DNA of 64,000 nucleotides from the human T2T-CHM13v2.0 reference genome, Homo sapiens: assembly GCF_009914755.1 (NCBI RefSeq), contig NC_060935.1. One strand, written 5' to 3'. Positions 37,658 through 52,660 of this stretch are shown here, piece after piece; the stretch's first letter is position 1; each line of letters starts with the position of its first letter. Under the pieces are notes generated by a model that had not been told where the DNA came from, made no database searches, and worked only from the letters and a program-made list of their open reading frames with translations. The position numbers and the translations under genes were made by a program.

Positions 37658-37865
37658 GAACTGACCAACAGAATTTTCTGTGGTGTTGGAAATGTTCTAT
37701 TCCAGAACTGTGAAATAGAGAAGCTATTAACTACTTTCGACTATTAAGCACTTTGAAATGTGGCTAGTGCAGTTGAGATTAACTTTTTCGTTCATTTAAT
37801 TTTAATTAATATAAATTTAAATTTTAATAGCTAGAAGCTAGAATGTTGAACAGCATACTTCCAGA
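37658..37865. mobile_element. MER3/MER33-like hAT element
   Basis: CCAACAGAATTTTCTGTGGTGTTGGAAATGTTCTAT...TGAAATGTGGCTAGTG. Confidence 0.65.
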
Positions 37866-38372
37866 CCAATGGTTTCATAAATAATGCTGATATGTTTTTA
37901 TAACTGAGATTAACAAACTAATTTAGATCATAAAATGTTTTAATTGGTATCTAGGATCTTTTCTTAAATGCAGAAAAAGGCAATTGGGAAAAATAAGTTT
38001 TAGACAATTGTACATGAAAACAAATAGATTTTGCAAGCTAGATATAAGTTAATTAAATTTAAGTATTTATAATATTTTATTAAAATACTTGTTTACTTTC
38101 TCATTTCAGAAATAAAATTAGTTGTTCTCCACCTTGAGGATAGGGCTGTGGGGCAAAGGAAAGGTTGAGAATATCAAAATCTGGAAACCTTTTCCTTTAC
38201 ATTCTACAAGTTTTATTCTGCTCCCACAAGGCAATAAAAAATATTGATATGATTTTATTATTAGCAGTAACATTAATATGATTTTATTGTGATTTATTTA
38301 TTATATATAAAGGCAGGAAAATAATAGAGAACCAAGAATGTAAGATAACTTTAAAATAATTTATAATTTATA

Positions 38373-38690
38373 GTTTTTTTGTTTTGTTTTGTTGTTGTTG
38401 TTGTTTTGTTTTTGAGACACTTTTGCTTTTGTTGCCCAGGCTGGAGTGCAGTGGCATGATCTCAGGTCACTGCAACCTCCACCCCCGGGTTCAAGCGATT
38501 CTCCTGCCTCAGCTGCCCAAGTAGCTGGGATTACACGCACCCGCCATTTTTTGTATTTTTTTGTATTTTTACTAGAGACGGGGTTTCGCCGTGTTGGGCA
38601 GGCTGGTCTCAAACTCCTGACCTCAGGTAATATGCCCACCTCGGCTTCCCAAAATACTGGGATTACAGGCATGAGCCACCACGCCCGGCC
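38373..38690 (-). mobile_element. Alu (S-type)
   Basis: Full dimer with TTG-rich tail. Confidence 0.93.
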
Positions 38691-39676
38691 AATTCGTAGA
38701 TTTTATTCAGAGGTAGAATGATGACCACCAATGAATATGAGTAAGTAGGCAGTTTTTATATAGTTAAAATGTTCTAAACAGAATGTCCAGTTAGTTCCCT
38801 TATGGTACTGTAATGAGTATTTATTCCTCTACTCTTCACATTCAAATTTTTTCTAAAGTATATTTAAGAATTACTACATTTTAGGTATTTTAGGGTAAGA
38901 TATCAGAGTAACAGATATGGATCATAGGTCTCTCCTACATTATGAAACAAAAAATAATTTTAAATACTCCAAAAAAATCAGTTGTGACAAACAAAACAAG
39001 AAAAGTCAAGGTTCAACCTAATGCCATAAATGTATAGAGTTTGTCATCATTTGGTGTGGTTCAAAACTTCACTGTCACATTCAGAAATTAATTAGGATAA
39101 TCTTAAGAATTAATTAGGGCCAATTGTCTCAAATTTAAACAAATGTTTCACAATGCAACACAGATTTGGAGATAAAATCCAAGACCTAATAATGTACCAC
39201 CTCCTGAATGGGAACCGAATACTCACTGAGGCAAATGATGTTAACACAGGAACCTACATTTCATGAAATCTCACAAGAGAATAAAGAGCCTGGGTATTAT
39301 TAAAAAAAAAAAAAAGATTGCACTTAATTTTGCCTAACCTCTTATAACCTGAAGTTACAGAATAATGAGTGACTATCAAAATCTTCATTCGTCAAGCTTT
39401 AACTGGAAGAAAAACACATCAATCTGAAAGAAAACGTAACCCAAGAACACAAGGAAATTCCTCCGTAAGAGATTTATAGAGGAATTTAGTAAGAACATGA
39501 ATTCAAGAAAATAAAATCACAAAGATAAAATGATAAAACATGAGTAGATAAAAAGAATAATTGCATAATTAAAAGTACAAGTTGACTTAACATCATTACC
39601 CAGTAAATTAGCAGCAGTAACAGGCTTATGATAGTTGAACTGAAGTTAGAGAAGAGATTAAAACATTAAGTGAGAA

Positions 39677-39888
39677 GACCAGGCATGATGGCTCATGATT
39701 GTAATCCCAGAGCTTTGGGAGGCTGAGGTGGAGGGATTGCTTGATTTCAAGACCAGCCTGGGCAACATAGCAACACCCTGTCTCTACAAAAAATTTAAAA
39801 ATTAGCCAGGATTGGTGGCATGTGCCTGTAGTCTCAGCTACTCAGGAGGCTGAGGTGGGAGGATCACTTGAGCCCAGGAGTTCAAGGA
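39677..39888 (+). mobile_element. AluJ, 3'-truncated
   Basis: Left arm plus partial right arm. Confidence 0.88.
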
Positions 39889-40502
39889 AAAAGAAAACAT
39901 TAAATGAGAATATGATTACAATGTGGGAAATTTTTTATTTAATAAATTTAAGTAGATAGTGGCTACTGTATTGGACAGTGCAGGTATAGAACACCTTCAA
40001 CATCACAGAATGTTCTGTTGGTCAATGATGGTCCCGACTTCTGGGAAAATACTCATCTAACAATAAATTGTTTACTGCGTGAAGTTTTACCACTGTCAAA
40101 CATATACCTAACATTTATATCAACAAAGATATATTCTATTTTAATATGGAACAGAAAAATAAATGTGAAATACAAAGACAAAGTTTTACTTGGAAATAAG
40201 GAAAAGGAGAATCAGCTCAAGAAAGCATCCGTTTTACAGGTGTTGGGGAAGGAATAATATAAAGCAATGGATACACGTATAGCCCATGTAAGTTGTTGAA
40301 GGAAGAGTTTTTCAAGAATTCATGCAGAAAAAGCAAGTCATCTACAAGGATGGAAGTCTTCAGACTTCTCTCCAGCATCGGTCTTTGTCCAAAGACAGCA
40401 GAGCACTGGCCACCTATTTCTAAGCAAATGAAAGTATTACAAAATATTATATACAACCACAGTGTTACTCTAGTATTTTTAATACCAGTCAAATTTTGTA
40501 TG

Positions 40503-40805
40503 TTTTTTGGTTTTTTTTTTTGAGACAGAGTCTTGCTCGCTCTGTCACCCAGGCTGGAGTGCAGTGGCGCAATCTCGGCTCGCTGCAAGCTCCGCCTCCT
40601 GGGTTCAACGCCGTTCTCCTGCCTCAGCCTCCCGAGTAGCTGGGACTACAGGCACCGGCCACCACGCCCGGCTAATTTTGTATTTTTAGTAGAGACGGGG
40701 TTTCTCCATGTTGGTCAGGCTGGTCTCAATCTCCTGACCTCGTGATCCACTTGCCTCGGCCTCCCAAAGTGCTGGGATTACAGGCGTGAGCCACGGCGAC
40801 CGGCC
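40503..40805 (-). mobile_element. Alu (Y/Sc-like, CpG-rich)
   Basis: GCAAGCTCCGCC and GACCTCGTGATCC diagnostics. Confidence 0.93.
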
Positions 40806-42566
40806 AAATATTTTTAAACATGAAGAAACTCCATGATCTCTCTTGAAAAAAATAATCAAAAATATAATCTATCTACCTTGTCAGGGAGAGCTTCCTTTGA
40901 CTACCCTATTTTAAGTAATGCCTCTCCCCATTACTCTGTATTCTTTCCCTCTGTTTTCTTAGAAGTTCCTATCGCTGCCCTTCTAGAATATAACTTCATG
41001 AAAGCAGAGACTTTCTTTACTCTGTTCACTGCTCTATTCTTAGTGCCTTCCTGACTGTTAAGTAAATGCAGTTATCAACTAAGGTAACTCAAGAAAGGTG
41101 GACCTGTTTTAAAAGGACCAGTGGTGAATGAATCCATGTTAACAACCTAAACTAAGTAACTCTGTGTCTGGTTACAGACTAGAATGTAAAACGTTATAAA
41201 CCGTAACAGCACTGAAGTAATAGGGGGGAAAAAAACGAGATTTGAGGGAGAGGAGTTAAGAGAAAGTAAGTGCTAATTTCCTCATGTTTTAGAGAAGGGG
41301 AAAAGGAAAGAGAAATTGATTTTGTTGCAAGCTGAAAAGTGTAAAAAGGAGCATACTAATGCCAACTTCTTACTGTGCTCCAAAATCATGTTATTTATCT
41401 TAGGGGAGAACATGTTGAGAAATAATATCTCTTGAACTGAAGAATTGTTGATCAGTTCAATAGTTCTTTAGTTCTTTCCATTTTACTTTATTTTTGTTTT
41501 TTTCTATAAAGTGTTAATATTAATTATTGATATTTTATTATGTAATACTATTGTTATGGTAATATTTTTCTAGCATATTTATGGGTAAGTGTAAACTGGA
41601 AATGTTGCTTACTTAATGTTACAATGATTGTCCGCAGGGGGTTTTGGCTTTTAAAATTTTTTAGCTTTCTACATTTTTAAAGATAGCTTTAAAAACTAAA
41701 TATATTTATACCATAGTGTAATTAACACCACCACTGATAATTAACAAAATTATTTTTTTATTCATGTTTTATGTATGCACAAATATTTTTTGTAATAAAA
41801 GCAACAGAACATTATAGTTGATAGTTGAAGTCTTTTATTTTCCTTCCTATTCTTCAACTATAATGCAAAATTTGACGTATTTCTTTCCAAACTGTTTATA
41901 TACTTTTAAAACATATATGTTTCTGTATATGCTTTGTGGATTTTTAAAAATTTGCATAAACTATCATATTGTTTATGTTATACTCCACATGATTTTTTGA
42001 TTCAACATTATTTTCCAGATCTTTCCATTCTATTTCATATCAATCTTATTCTTTTTAATAATATGTTTATATAACAGTTTAACCATTTCCTATTGATAGA
42101 TATTTATATTGTTATTAAAATGCTCAATGATGATTCTTTACTTCTTGGGGCATGTGTATGAGGTTTTTTATTCAGGAGTAGTTGGTAGGATATGCACATT
42201 TTCAGCTGAAATTTTTCCAAATTGTTCTCCAAAGTGGTTTTTCAGTAGTAAAACTGGTAAACTCCTAACTTCCCACCAGCAGTGAATAAGACTTCCAGTT
42301 TCTCTGGTCTCTTAACAACTTTGGTATTTTTAGATGTTTCGTTTGTTTGCTTGCCGGTATAATGGGTGGGAAATAGTAACTGGTTTTAAAGCACATTTCC
42401 TTGATTACTAATTCTTCTTTGTACTTCTCCGCGTTGTTTGAAATTGTTTTTTTTAAATTATTATTTTTTAAAAATTCCAGGATATATCGGCTGAAAAACT
42501 TTTATGTTTTTCAAAATGATGAAATGAACTATAAGTTCAATATTTTGCAGTAAAATAACATATTAA

Positions 42567-42884
<318 letters not shown>

Positions 42885-43824
42885 TTAAATGGAAAACATG
42901 TACCTCACATTATACTGAGAAAGAATTGCAACATAATAGGGATAGAGAAAGATTAGCACATGAAACATAAGGAGCCCAAAGAAAGCTGTGGTATTAATTC
43001 CCTTGAGAATAACACAAAATTGGCCCACTAAGATTGTTCCAGGAAGTTTCTGTGGTTCATTTCACTAAGCATCTCTTGAGTATCTTCTTTGTACTTCTTA
43101 CGGTGCTCATTTTATAACAAGGTCAGAATATATACATTACCATATAGTCCCTACCTGTCAAGAAATTTATAGCCTTTATTGGAAAATGAGATTATACATA
43201 CATGAAATGTCGAAGAATATCAAGCTGCATATGATCCAGTACCAAAATGTTTGGCACAGATGAAAGTGAAATGGGAATTCAGAAAAGAGAGAGCTATATA
43301 TAAATATGGACAGTAAAGATCATCTAGTGCCTCTTTTATGTACTCCTTTTTTACTGTACGATAAGTCTCATATATGCATTTGAAGAATAAAGCAAGATTA
43401 AATTACAGAACCTTGGATTCTTCACATACCTGAATCTCTTAACATTAGTGCTGTTTCTACTATGTCAAGATCTGGGCAATAGCATAGATATATTTCTGAA
43501 AGATTATAAATTGTATATAGATGATACCACATCTATGTGACAAGTTCTATAGTAGTATATTTTATAGAATTTCAACTAATTATATATAGAATTGTCTCCA
43601 TCAGTTTTGACCTTATCAGAAAGGCCATCCTTTACTAAGTTTATTAAAATGGAGTCTTTGCCTTCTTACTTTGCTCCAGTTCTACACTTGTCCACAAAAA
43701 ACATCTTTATCAGTGTTAAACTTGGAATCATTATAATTTTTATGATACATTATTATCATGTGACCTATTATTTATTTGTTTGTTTATTGTTTTACTCCAT
43801 AAATAGAATGAAAGCTTATTATAG

Positions 43825-44110
43825 AAGCAATATAGCATGGTGGTTAAGAGCACACACTCTGGAATCAGACTACCAACTGGCTTCAGATTCCCAGCTCCAT
43901 TTTTTACTAGCTCTGTGGCCTTGGACAAGTTACTTAACTTCTTTATGTTTCAGTTTCCCATTATGTATTAAAAGTAATGGCAAAAACCGCAATTATTTTT
44001 GCACCAACCTAAAAGGCAATAATAATAGTACCTACCTCATAAGTTTATTATCGAACACTGAATTAACATATCTAAAGCACTTAGAACTGCCCTGAATAGA
44101 GCAAGTACTA
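43825..44110 (+). mobile_element. MIR inserted in an L2 relic (~43600-44215)
   Basis: ATAGCATGGTGGTTAAGAGCAC...CCTTGGACAAGTTACTTAAC. Confidence 0.8.
43968..44012. mobile_element. Half MADE1 (single Hsmar1-type TIR arm)
   Basis: TTAAAAGTAATGGCAAAAACCGCAATTATTTTTGCACCAACCTAA. Confidence 0.88.
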
Positions 44111-44431
44111 TATATATATATGTACTCTTGTTATTGTTACTAAATTTGTTCACTGCTGTGTCCACAAAAAACTAGACCAGGACTTTGCATATATTGGTAC
44201 TCAATAATAATTTCAACATAACTGATACTTCAGTCTTATAAAAATATAAGAACCCCTACCTCACACAGTATATAAAAATTCACTTTCAATGTATCAAAGA
44301 GCTAAATTTAAGAATTAAAATCCTTAGAAGAAAACATAAGTATAAACCTTCGTGACTTCGAATGAGGCAACAATTTCTTAAATATGACACCAGAAGCACA
44401 AGCAGCAAAAGAAAGAAACAGATAAGTTGGG

Positions 44432-44823
44432 TGTATTCGGCCATTCTCAAATTGTTATAAAGAAATGCCTGGGTAATTTATGAAGAGGTTTAATTGGCTC
44501 ACAGATCTGCAAGCTGTACAGAAAGCATAGTGGCTTATGCTTCTGAGGATGCCTCAGGAAGCGTCTAATCATAGCAGATGGCAAATTGAGAACAGGCATC
44601 TCACATGGGAGGAGCAGGAGCAAGAGAGCAAGCAGGAAGGTAGTTCACACTTTTAAACACCAGAACTCATTATTGCAAGGACAATACCATGGGGTATGAT
44701 GTTAAACCATTCATGAGCAATCCGCCCCCATAATCTGTTCACCTTCCACCAGGTCCCACCTCCAACAATGGGGATTACACTTCAATATGAGATTTGGATG
44801 GAGAATACATCCAAACTGTATCA
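44432..44823 (-). mobile_element. MSTA-like MaLR solo LTR
   Basis: TG...CA ends; 5-bp TSD TTGGG at 44427-44431 and 44824-44828. Confidence 0.9.
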
Positions 44824-44991
44824 TTGGGCTTCATCAAAATTAAGATCTTTGGTCCATCAATGGACGCTTCCAGTGTCCAAGGAGAAAATATTTGCAAATA
44901 ATATATTTGATAATGTCTACTATCTAAAATAAATAAAGTAGTCTCACAACTCAACAAAAAGATAAACAGCCCAATTTAAAAATGGGATAAG

Positions 44992-45288
44992 GGCCAGACA
45001 CAGTGCTCACGCCTGTAATCCCAGCACTTTAGGAGACCAAGGTGGGTGGATCACAAGGTCAGGAGATTGAAACTATCCTGGCTAACATGGTGAAACCCTG
45101 TCTCCACTAAAAATACAAAAAATTAGCCAGGCGTGGTGGTGGGTGCCTGTAGTCCCAGCTACTCAGGAGGCTGAGGCAAGAGAATGGCATGAACCCGAGA
45201 GGTGGAGCTTGCAGTGAGCCGAGATGGCACTACTGCACTCCAGCCTGGGTGACAGAGCGAGACTCCATCTCAAAAAAAAAAAAAAAAA
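44992..45288 (+). mobile_element. AluY/Sc-like
   Basis: AGAATGGCATGAACC and GGAGCTTGCAG diagnostics; A-tail. Confidence 0.93.
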
Positions 45289-46124
45289 GGGGGGGGGTAT
45301 AAAACCATGATAGACATATTTCTAAAGAAGAAATACAGATGGCCAACCCAGCACATGAAGTTATGCTCAGTATCATTGTCGTTAGGAAAATGCAAATCCA
45401 AACCGCATTGAGATACCACTTCATCCCCACTAGGGTAGCTATTTAAAAATAATAATAATAATAACAACAATTGGTTGCTAAGAATATAGAATAAATGGAA
45501 CCCACGTACATTGTTGGTCGGAATGTAAAATGGTGCAGCCACTGTAGAAAACATTTTGGCAGTTCCTCAAATAGTTAAAAATGGAATTATCCTGTGACTC
45601 GGGAATTCCACATCTAGGTATATACCAAAGACAGTGGAAAACATGTTCACACAAAAGTTTGTGTGTGAATATTTACAGCAGCATTACTCATAATAACTTA
45701 AGAATAGAAATGATCCATGTACGTCAGGTGATGAGTAGTTAATGTGGTACATACATACAATGAATAGTATTCGACCATAAAAAAGAATGAAATACTGAAA
45801 CATGGTGCAACATAGAGGAACATTGAAAACATTACTCTAAATGAAGGAAGCCAGACACAAAAGGTCACGTATTGTATGGTTGCATTTATAGGAAATGTCC
45901 AGAACGACTAATCCATAAAGACAAGATTAGTGGTTGCCAGGGGCAGGAGAGAAGGGGAATGTGGAGTGATTTCTAAATGGGTGTGCAGTTTTTTGGGGGA
46001 CTGATGAAGGTAGATAGTGGTGATGGTTACACAACTCTGAATTATTAAAAATTACCAAATTTTTTACTTAAAATGTTGTTTTTATGTTATGTCAATTTTA
46101 TTTCACTTTAAAAAATATATAAAG

Positions 46125-46472
46125 AGTTGGGAGTGGTGGCTCACGCCTGTAATCCAGCACTTTGGGAGGCCGAGGCAGGCAGATTGCTTTAGCTCAGGAG
46201 TTCAACACCAGCCTGGGCAACATAGTGAAATCTGGACTACAAAAAATGCAAAAATTAGCCAAGCATGGTGGCATGTGCCTGTAGTCCCATCTACTCAGGA
46301 GGCTGAGGTGGGAGGATCACTTGAGCCCAGGAGGTGTGTGTGTGTATATATATATGTGTGTATATATGTGTATATAATATATATATGTATGTATATATAA
46401 TAAATCTTATAACCTATATATGTATATATAAGAAACCTTATATATGTATATGTATATATAAGAAACCTTATA
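46125..46472 (+). mobile_element. Truncated Alu running into a (TG/TA)n simple repeat
   Basis: Alu sequence to ~46335, then a TA-rich microsatellite. Confidence 0.85.
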
Positions 46473-47088
46473 TCCTTTACATAGGCATTAATTGATAAAG
46501 TGTATTTTCTGTACATCTTTTGAAAATGAGTGCCTTATCAGTATTAAACTTGGAATCATTATAATTTTCATGATACATTAAAAGTTTTTAACATGGTAAA
46601 ACGTCTATTATGGGAATAGATACATATTTAATAACTTAAATGAGGAAATGCTTACCTATATTTTATAGTCTCATCTTGTTTAGATAAGTTAAACATATTA
46701 ATGAATCTCTAGTATTTTAGGGTTATTTCTCTAATATTGTACACATTAATGTAAGAGCATTTCTTAGAATTGGCCTATTTTCCACAATAAGAGGACAGTG
46801 TGATATAAGTTATTTTTCAAATGTTTTTATTATTAAGTTGTGAGTAACCATTGTTACAACTATTGCCAGGTGTCCCTGGGGTTGAAAAAGATGTTAAACC
46901 AAATACATTATACTAAATTTGTTGCCCAATATTGACAATACAAAATGTGTGGCTCTGAGGACAATTGTTTGACTGACTTCTCACAATCTAACATTTGTAG
47001 GATTCCTAACATGTAGCAAACATCATTCTCTGTATTTTACATTTTTAACTTATTTACTCCTTACAACAACCCATTGAAGTGAATAATA

Positions 47089-47393
47089 CTGTTGTTGTTG
47101 TTGTTGTTGTTGTTGTTAAGACAGGGTTTCACTTTGTCACCCAGGCTGGAGTGCAGTGGCATGATCTTGGCTCACTTTAGCCTCAACCTCCTGGGCTCAA
47201 GCGATCCTCCCCTAAGTAGTTGGCACTACAGCCATGTGCCACCACACCCAGCTAATCTTTTTGTATTTTTTGTAGAGATGGAGTTTTGTCATGTTGCCCA
47301 AACTGGTCTCAAACTCCTGAACTCAAGTGATCCCCCCCTACCTTGGCCTCCCAAAGCGCTAGGATTATAGGTGTGAGACACTGCACGCAGCCT
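47089..47393 (-). mobile_element. AluJ with (TTG)n tail, inserted in a MIR
   Basis: Diverged dimer; degenerate TSD TGAAGT.AATA. Confidence 0.9.
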
Positions 47394-48616
47394 GAAGTAA
47401 ATACTATTACCTCCATTTTTTAGATGATGAATGGAGACATAGAGAGGTCCTGTGGTAACACAGACACAGCTACTAGTGCAAAGTCAAGATTTGAACTGGA
47501 CATTCTAGTTGCCGAATTCAAACTCATAACCACTATGCTGTATTACACTATACTCTCACAAATACGTATTTCCACTGGAAAATGAAGTTACTTTATACTG
47601 TAAGATACTAATGCTTAGCTAGGAATGATGGATTCACAGCTTAAATGATATAACTAGTTTCTAAGACTAGCATTAATTAAAATGTGAATTCACTTTGAGG
47701 TCTTTTAGAAGGTGAGTAAAATATATCATATTAACAGTTAATGTGTTTTGAGCTGATTTGTCGACATGATTCTAAGCATAAGTAAATTTGATCTTGAAAA
47801 GTAGAAGTTGCAATTTAGACTAATATATAACAGAGCACACATTATATTTACTAATCCAATGCCCTACATTATCTTTATGATTCTAATAGAAAATAAAACA
47901 AAATTATTGTATGTGCTTTCCTTCTTCAAGAAACTTAAATACAGTTTTCTTTGAATTCTTTCTATAGTACCGCTTAACAAACATGTTTTCTAGTTTTTTA
48001 TGTATTTTATGGTTATGAAGTTGGTCACCTTCCAAAATTAATAAATTGTAACTTACTGTCTCTTCATTTAATCAGAGATTATTGTTAAAGAAGAGACATA
48101 AGCTTGCAGGTGCAAAGCTAGCATTTGATGTAGGTAAAATAAATGTCATTATTCTTAGTTGTTACTTCACTCGTTATTTTAGTGAATTGCTTTTTTGAAT
48201 TCTAAAATTACAAACCAGTAAGCAGATTGTGCAAATGTTTTATTTTTACCTTGTGGCCAACATAATAATAATTATATGGAATACATAAGTACTAATTCCA
48301 GACTTTGCTTTAAGCAGATACGTTTTGAGAATTGAGTATAACCTCTTGTTAGAATGGCAATTGATTTTTGTGAGTATAGAAATTTGGATATTTTCTTTAA
48401 ATTCCAGTTTATTGCTAAAAAGTTAAACTTAAATGTTTGTATTATACTTGTTTTCTCTGTTTTAGAAATGTCTATTTTTATGAATTTGTATTTAAATCAA
48501 TGTTAGTCATGAATTTTCAATACATTGGAAATTTCTAGTGTTGCTAATATTATGGTTTAAGAAAATTGTCATATTTTACCACAGAATCTCAATTATGTGT
48601 CATTTTGTTTTCTTAG

Positions 48617-48748
48617 GAACTTCCAGCACCATTACTTGATGATAAATGTAAAAAGGAATTTGATGAAGATGTATACAATCATAAAACACCAGAATCTAAT
48701 ATTAAGATGAAAATAGCTTGGCGTTACCAGTTATTACCCAAGATGGAG
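48617..48748 (+). CDS. ELP4: ELP4 internal coding exon (132 bp, phase 0-0; probably exon 4)
   Basis: Acceptor TTTTGTTTTCTTAG. Translates [44 protein letters not shown], containing the conserved Elp4 MKIAWRY motif. Donor GAG|GCAAGT. Confidence 0.93.
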
Positions 48749-49968
48749 GCAAGTAAACATACAAATTCTTTCCAAAATTTGCAAATGCATTTGTTTTCAT
48801 CTTACAGAATCTCTTGTGGTATGCCTATATGTGTATTTGTTTATTTAAAGAATTAGCTGTTTCATTTGTAGAGTATTTGGTCAAGATGATCTATTTCTTA
48901 CAAATAAAATCTATGGTAACTTGTTTTTTACCAAAATAGGTTGTTTCATTTCTTCCATAATGCCCATATAGAATGCTTTATTCTAGAGTTGCAAGACAGA
49001 GTAAGTGAACTAATGAAGCCATTTCTATCCAGTATGTTTACCTATAAATATTCAATGTAAGTGATGGTTCTTTGGAATTACTATTTTTATCCTTATACAT
49101 TTTCAATCATTACATTTTCAAACTCATCTATCTGGTAATGTCATCTATTCAGAACAGACAGAATAGGTAAGAAATGAAGGAAAAATTTCTGAGAAGTCAG
49201 AACAAATGCCAATAAATCTGTCCAGTAAAACTCATGAACTCTATTCCTGGTGATGGCATGGTTCATTTATTAGCTCCCTTATTTGATTGTTCACTTCATT
49301 CACTTTTCAGACTACATTATTTAACATCTATCAGATATTAGCATACTAGTAGAAAAGAAAGGAATATTCTAATCTGAATAAGACATAGTTTCCTTTGTCC
49401 ATCCTTCTCTAGTCTTCCACATTGACATCAGTGTTATCTTTCCCAAGGATAGAAATATGTGTATGATACCTTTAACTTCAAATGCCTCATTTGGTTTCCT
49501 GTTTTCACTACCCCCTTCTAAATAAATAGCAGACTGTAGTACCCTCTAATACTATCCTGCCAAACTCAGACACAGCCTTAGAATTCTTCTCTACAGGAAT
49601 GTTCTGGGTAGCCGCTACCACTAATGAAAGTTAGTATATGGGATCAAACCTGTTTGATATTATAAGCTCGCAATATGAAATACAAATTTAAGATTGTATG
49701 TATACAAAATCTGTATAATCTAATCCAAGCCTACCTTTTTAGCCTCTTCCTCCTGTGTATATAAAACACTACATTCAACTATCTTTTGAGAATTGCTTCT
49801 TATAAATTGCTTGTATTTCTTTTAGTAATGCTTTTTTCACTTTCTTACTCACCAATGCATCCTTCTCCAAGTTCAAATGTTACTACCTCTTATGGCTTTC
49901 CATACTAATTTTCTGCTTTCCTTTTTCTCCCTGTAGCACTTCATATATTTTAAAATACATCTTTCTCT

Positions 49969-50256
49969 GGGTTGGGCGCAGTGGCTCACGCCTGTAATCC
50001 CAGCACTTTGGGAGGCCGAGGCGGGTGGATCACAAGGTCAGGAGTTCAAGACCAGCCTAGCCAAGATGGTGAAACCCCGTCTCTACTAAAAATACACAAA
50101 AATTAGCTGGGCGTGGTGGCGGGCGCCTGTAATACCAGCTACTCAGAAGGCTGAGGCAGAGAATTGCTTGAACCTGGGAGGTGGAGGTTGCCATGAGCTG
50201 AGATCGTGCCACTGCACTCCAGCCTGGGCGACAGAGCAGGACTCCGTCTCAAAAAA
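49969..50256 (+). mobile_element. AluSg-like
   Basis: GGATCACAAGGTCAGG; TSD ATACATCTTTCTC. Confidence 0.94.
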
Positions 50257-50539
50257 CATGTATATATACATCTTTCTCATTGTTTTATACTTAATTGGTA
50301 GTGTAACTCTCTCCTCCACCACACAGAAAATTTTCTGTGAGGCAGAGAGCTTGTTTTATTTTCTCTTGTACCTCCAGCACTTATGCTAATGCTCTTTTAA
50401 TCAATAATAATGATAAATGTATTTATTCATTCAGTCAGCAAATACTAAGTATCATCTGTGTACCAGATATAAAACATGTTATAATAGATGCATATTAAGC
50501 AATGACATATTGTTCTAATTTGTGTGGAAACTATTTGAA

Positions 50540-51200
50540 TAATATTTTTAAGCTGTGATTTAAATGACTGTGAACAAACTACAAATTTAAGAGAGAATAT
50601 TTACAACTCAAATTATAAAATAAGGACAAATTTTCCTTATATACAAATAACTTAAAATGAAAAAGGAAAATTCTACAACTGATTTTTTTTAATGGGCAGA
50701 AATATGAAAAGGAAATGTAAGTGACTCTTAAACATACAAAACATATGCCCAATTTCAGTTTTAATGAGAGAAATTCAAATGAAAACTACACTGTCCTGCT
50801 ATTTTTCTCTTATCAAATTGACAATGATCTAACTTGGTAAGACACTGTATTAGCTAGGATGGGGGAAGCTGATACTCATACTTTGCTGGTGAAAATGTAA
50901 AAAGGTACAACTTCTGTAGAAAGTATTTTGGTAGTAACCTTCACGATTACAAAAACATATATTCTTTGATTCTTTTGGATATTTACATCATGAATATATT
51001 TACTCAAATGTAAAAGTAAATACACATGAGCTATTCATACAGCAGATTTTTTTAACAGCAAGAGATTGAAAATAGCCTAAATGTCTATCAGTAAGCAACT
51101 AGCTAAATAAATTATGGTATGTCTGAACAGTAAAATACTATACATTTGTATTAAAAAATAGAAGGAAGCTCTGTGTAATCAGAAGTTGTTACAGATATAG
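50540..51200 (+). mobile_element. Old L1ME-type fragment
   Basis: Highly degenerate ORF2 3' motifs (CTCATACTTTGCTGGTGAAAATGTAAA; CCTAAATGTCTATCAGTA). Confidence 0.65.
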
Positions 51201-51405
51201 CCTAGCTTGGATGTGAACGAGAACTGGGTGCAAGAGGCCAGAATAGAGGTTAGTCTGTTTAGAAAAATATGAGTTAAGTGATAGAAATCAAAACAGACTA
51301 GAAATATAGGACTAGCACTTGAGAACCCTAATGGCAAAGAACTTCACGTCTTTGATTCTGGCAGATTCATTCAAGTGACTGGCCTTAATGGTGACTGTAT
51401 TCTAA

Positions 51406-51713
<308 letters not shown>

Positions 51714-51740
51714 GATTTTGGTCTTTTCATTGGTAATTAG

Positions 51741-52101
<361 letters not shown>

Positions 52102-52330
52102 AGCCTTTTCTTTTATTGCTTATTATGAAAGCTATATAGAGTTGGGGTAAAAATTATTTGTTTCTCTAAAAATACATTGTTTTTTATAAATTCGAATCAT
52201 AGATACTATCCTTGCCCCAGTGAGTAGTGCTAATTTTGTTCTTCCTTTTAGAGTCTGGTGTACCTGCCATTGGCTTTGTTACCTATTAATTAAGGTTGCA
52301 TATTAACAAATAAACTTAGTACACTTTTCC

Positions 52331-52660
<330 letters not shown>

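Larger units (their letters stand above)
44250..46120 (+). mobile_element. L1MB-type 3' region, interrupted by an MST LTR and an Alu
   Basis: Degenerate ORF2 C-terminus and 3'UTR (GCCAGACACAAAAGGTCACGTATTGTATG...GATTAGTGGTTGCCAGGGG). Confidence 0.8.

Noticed and set aside
43968-44012. miR-548-type hairpin
   Set aside because: Only one MADE1 arm is present, so it cannot form the precursor stem
43592-44095. 167-aa ORF
   Set aside because: Chance read-through of L2, MIR and MADE1 sequence; no domain similarity
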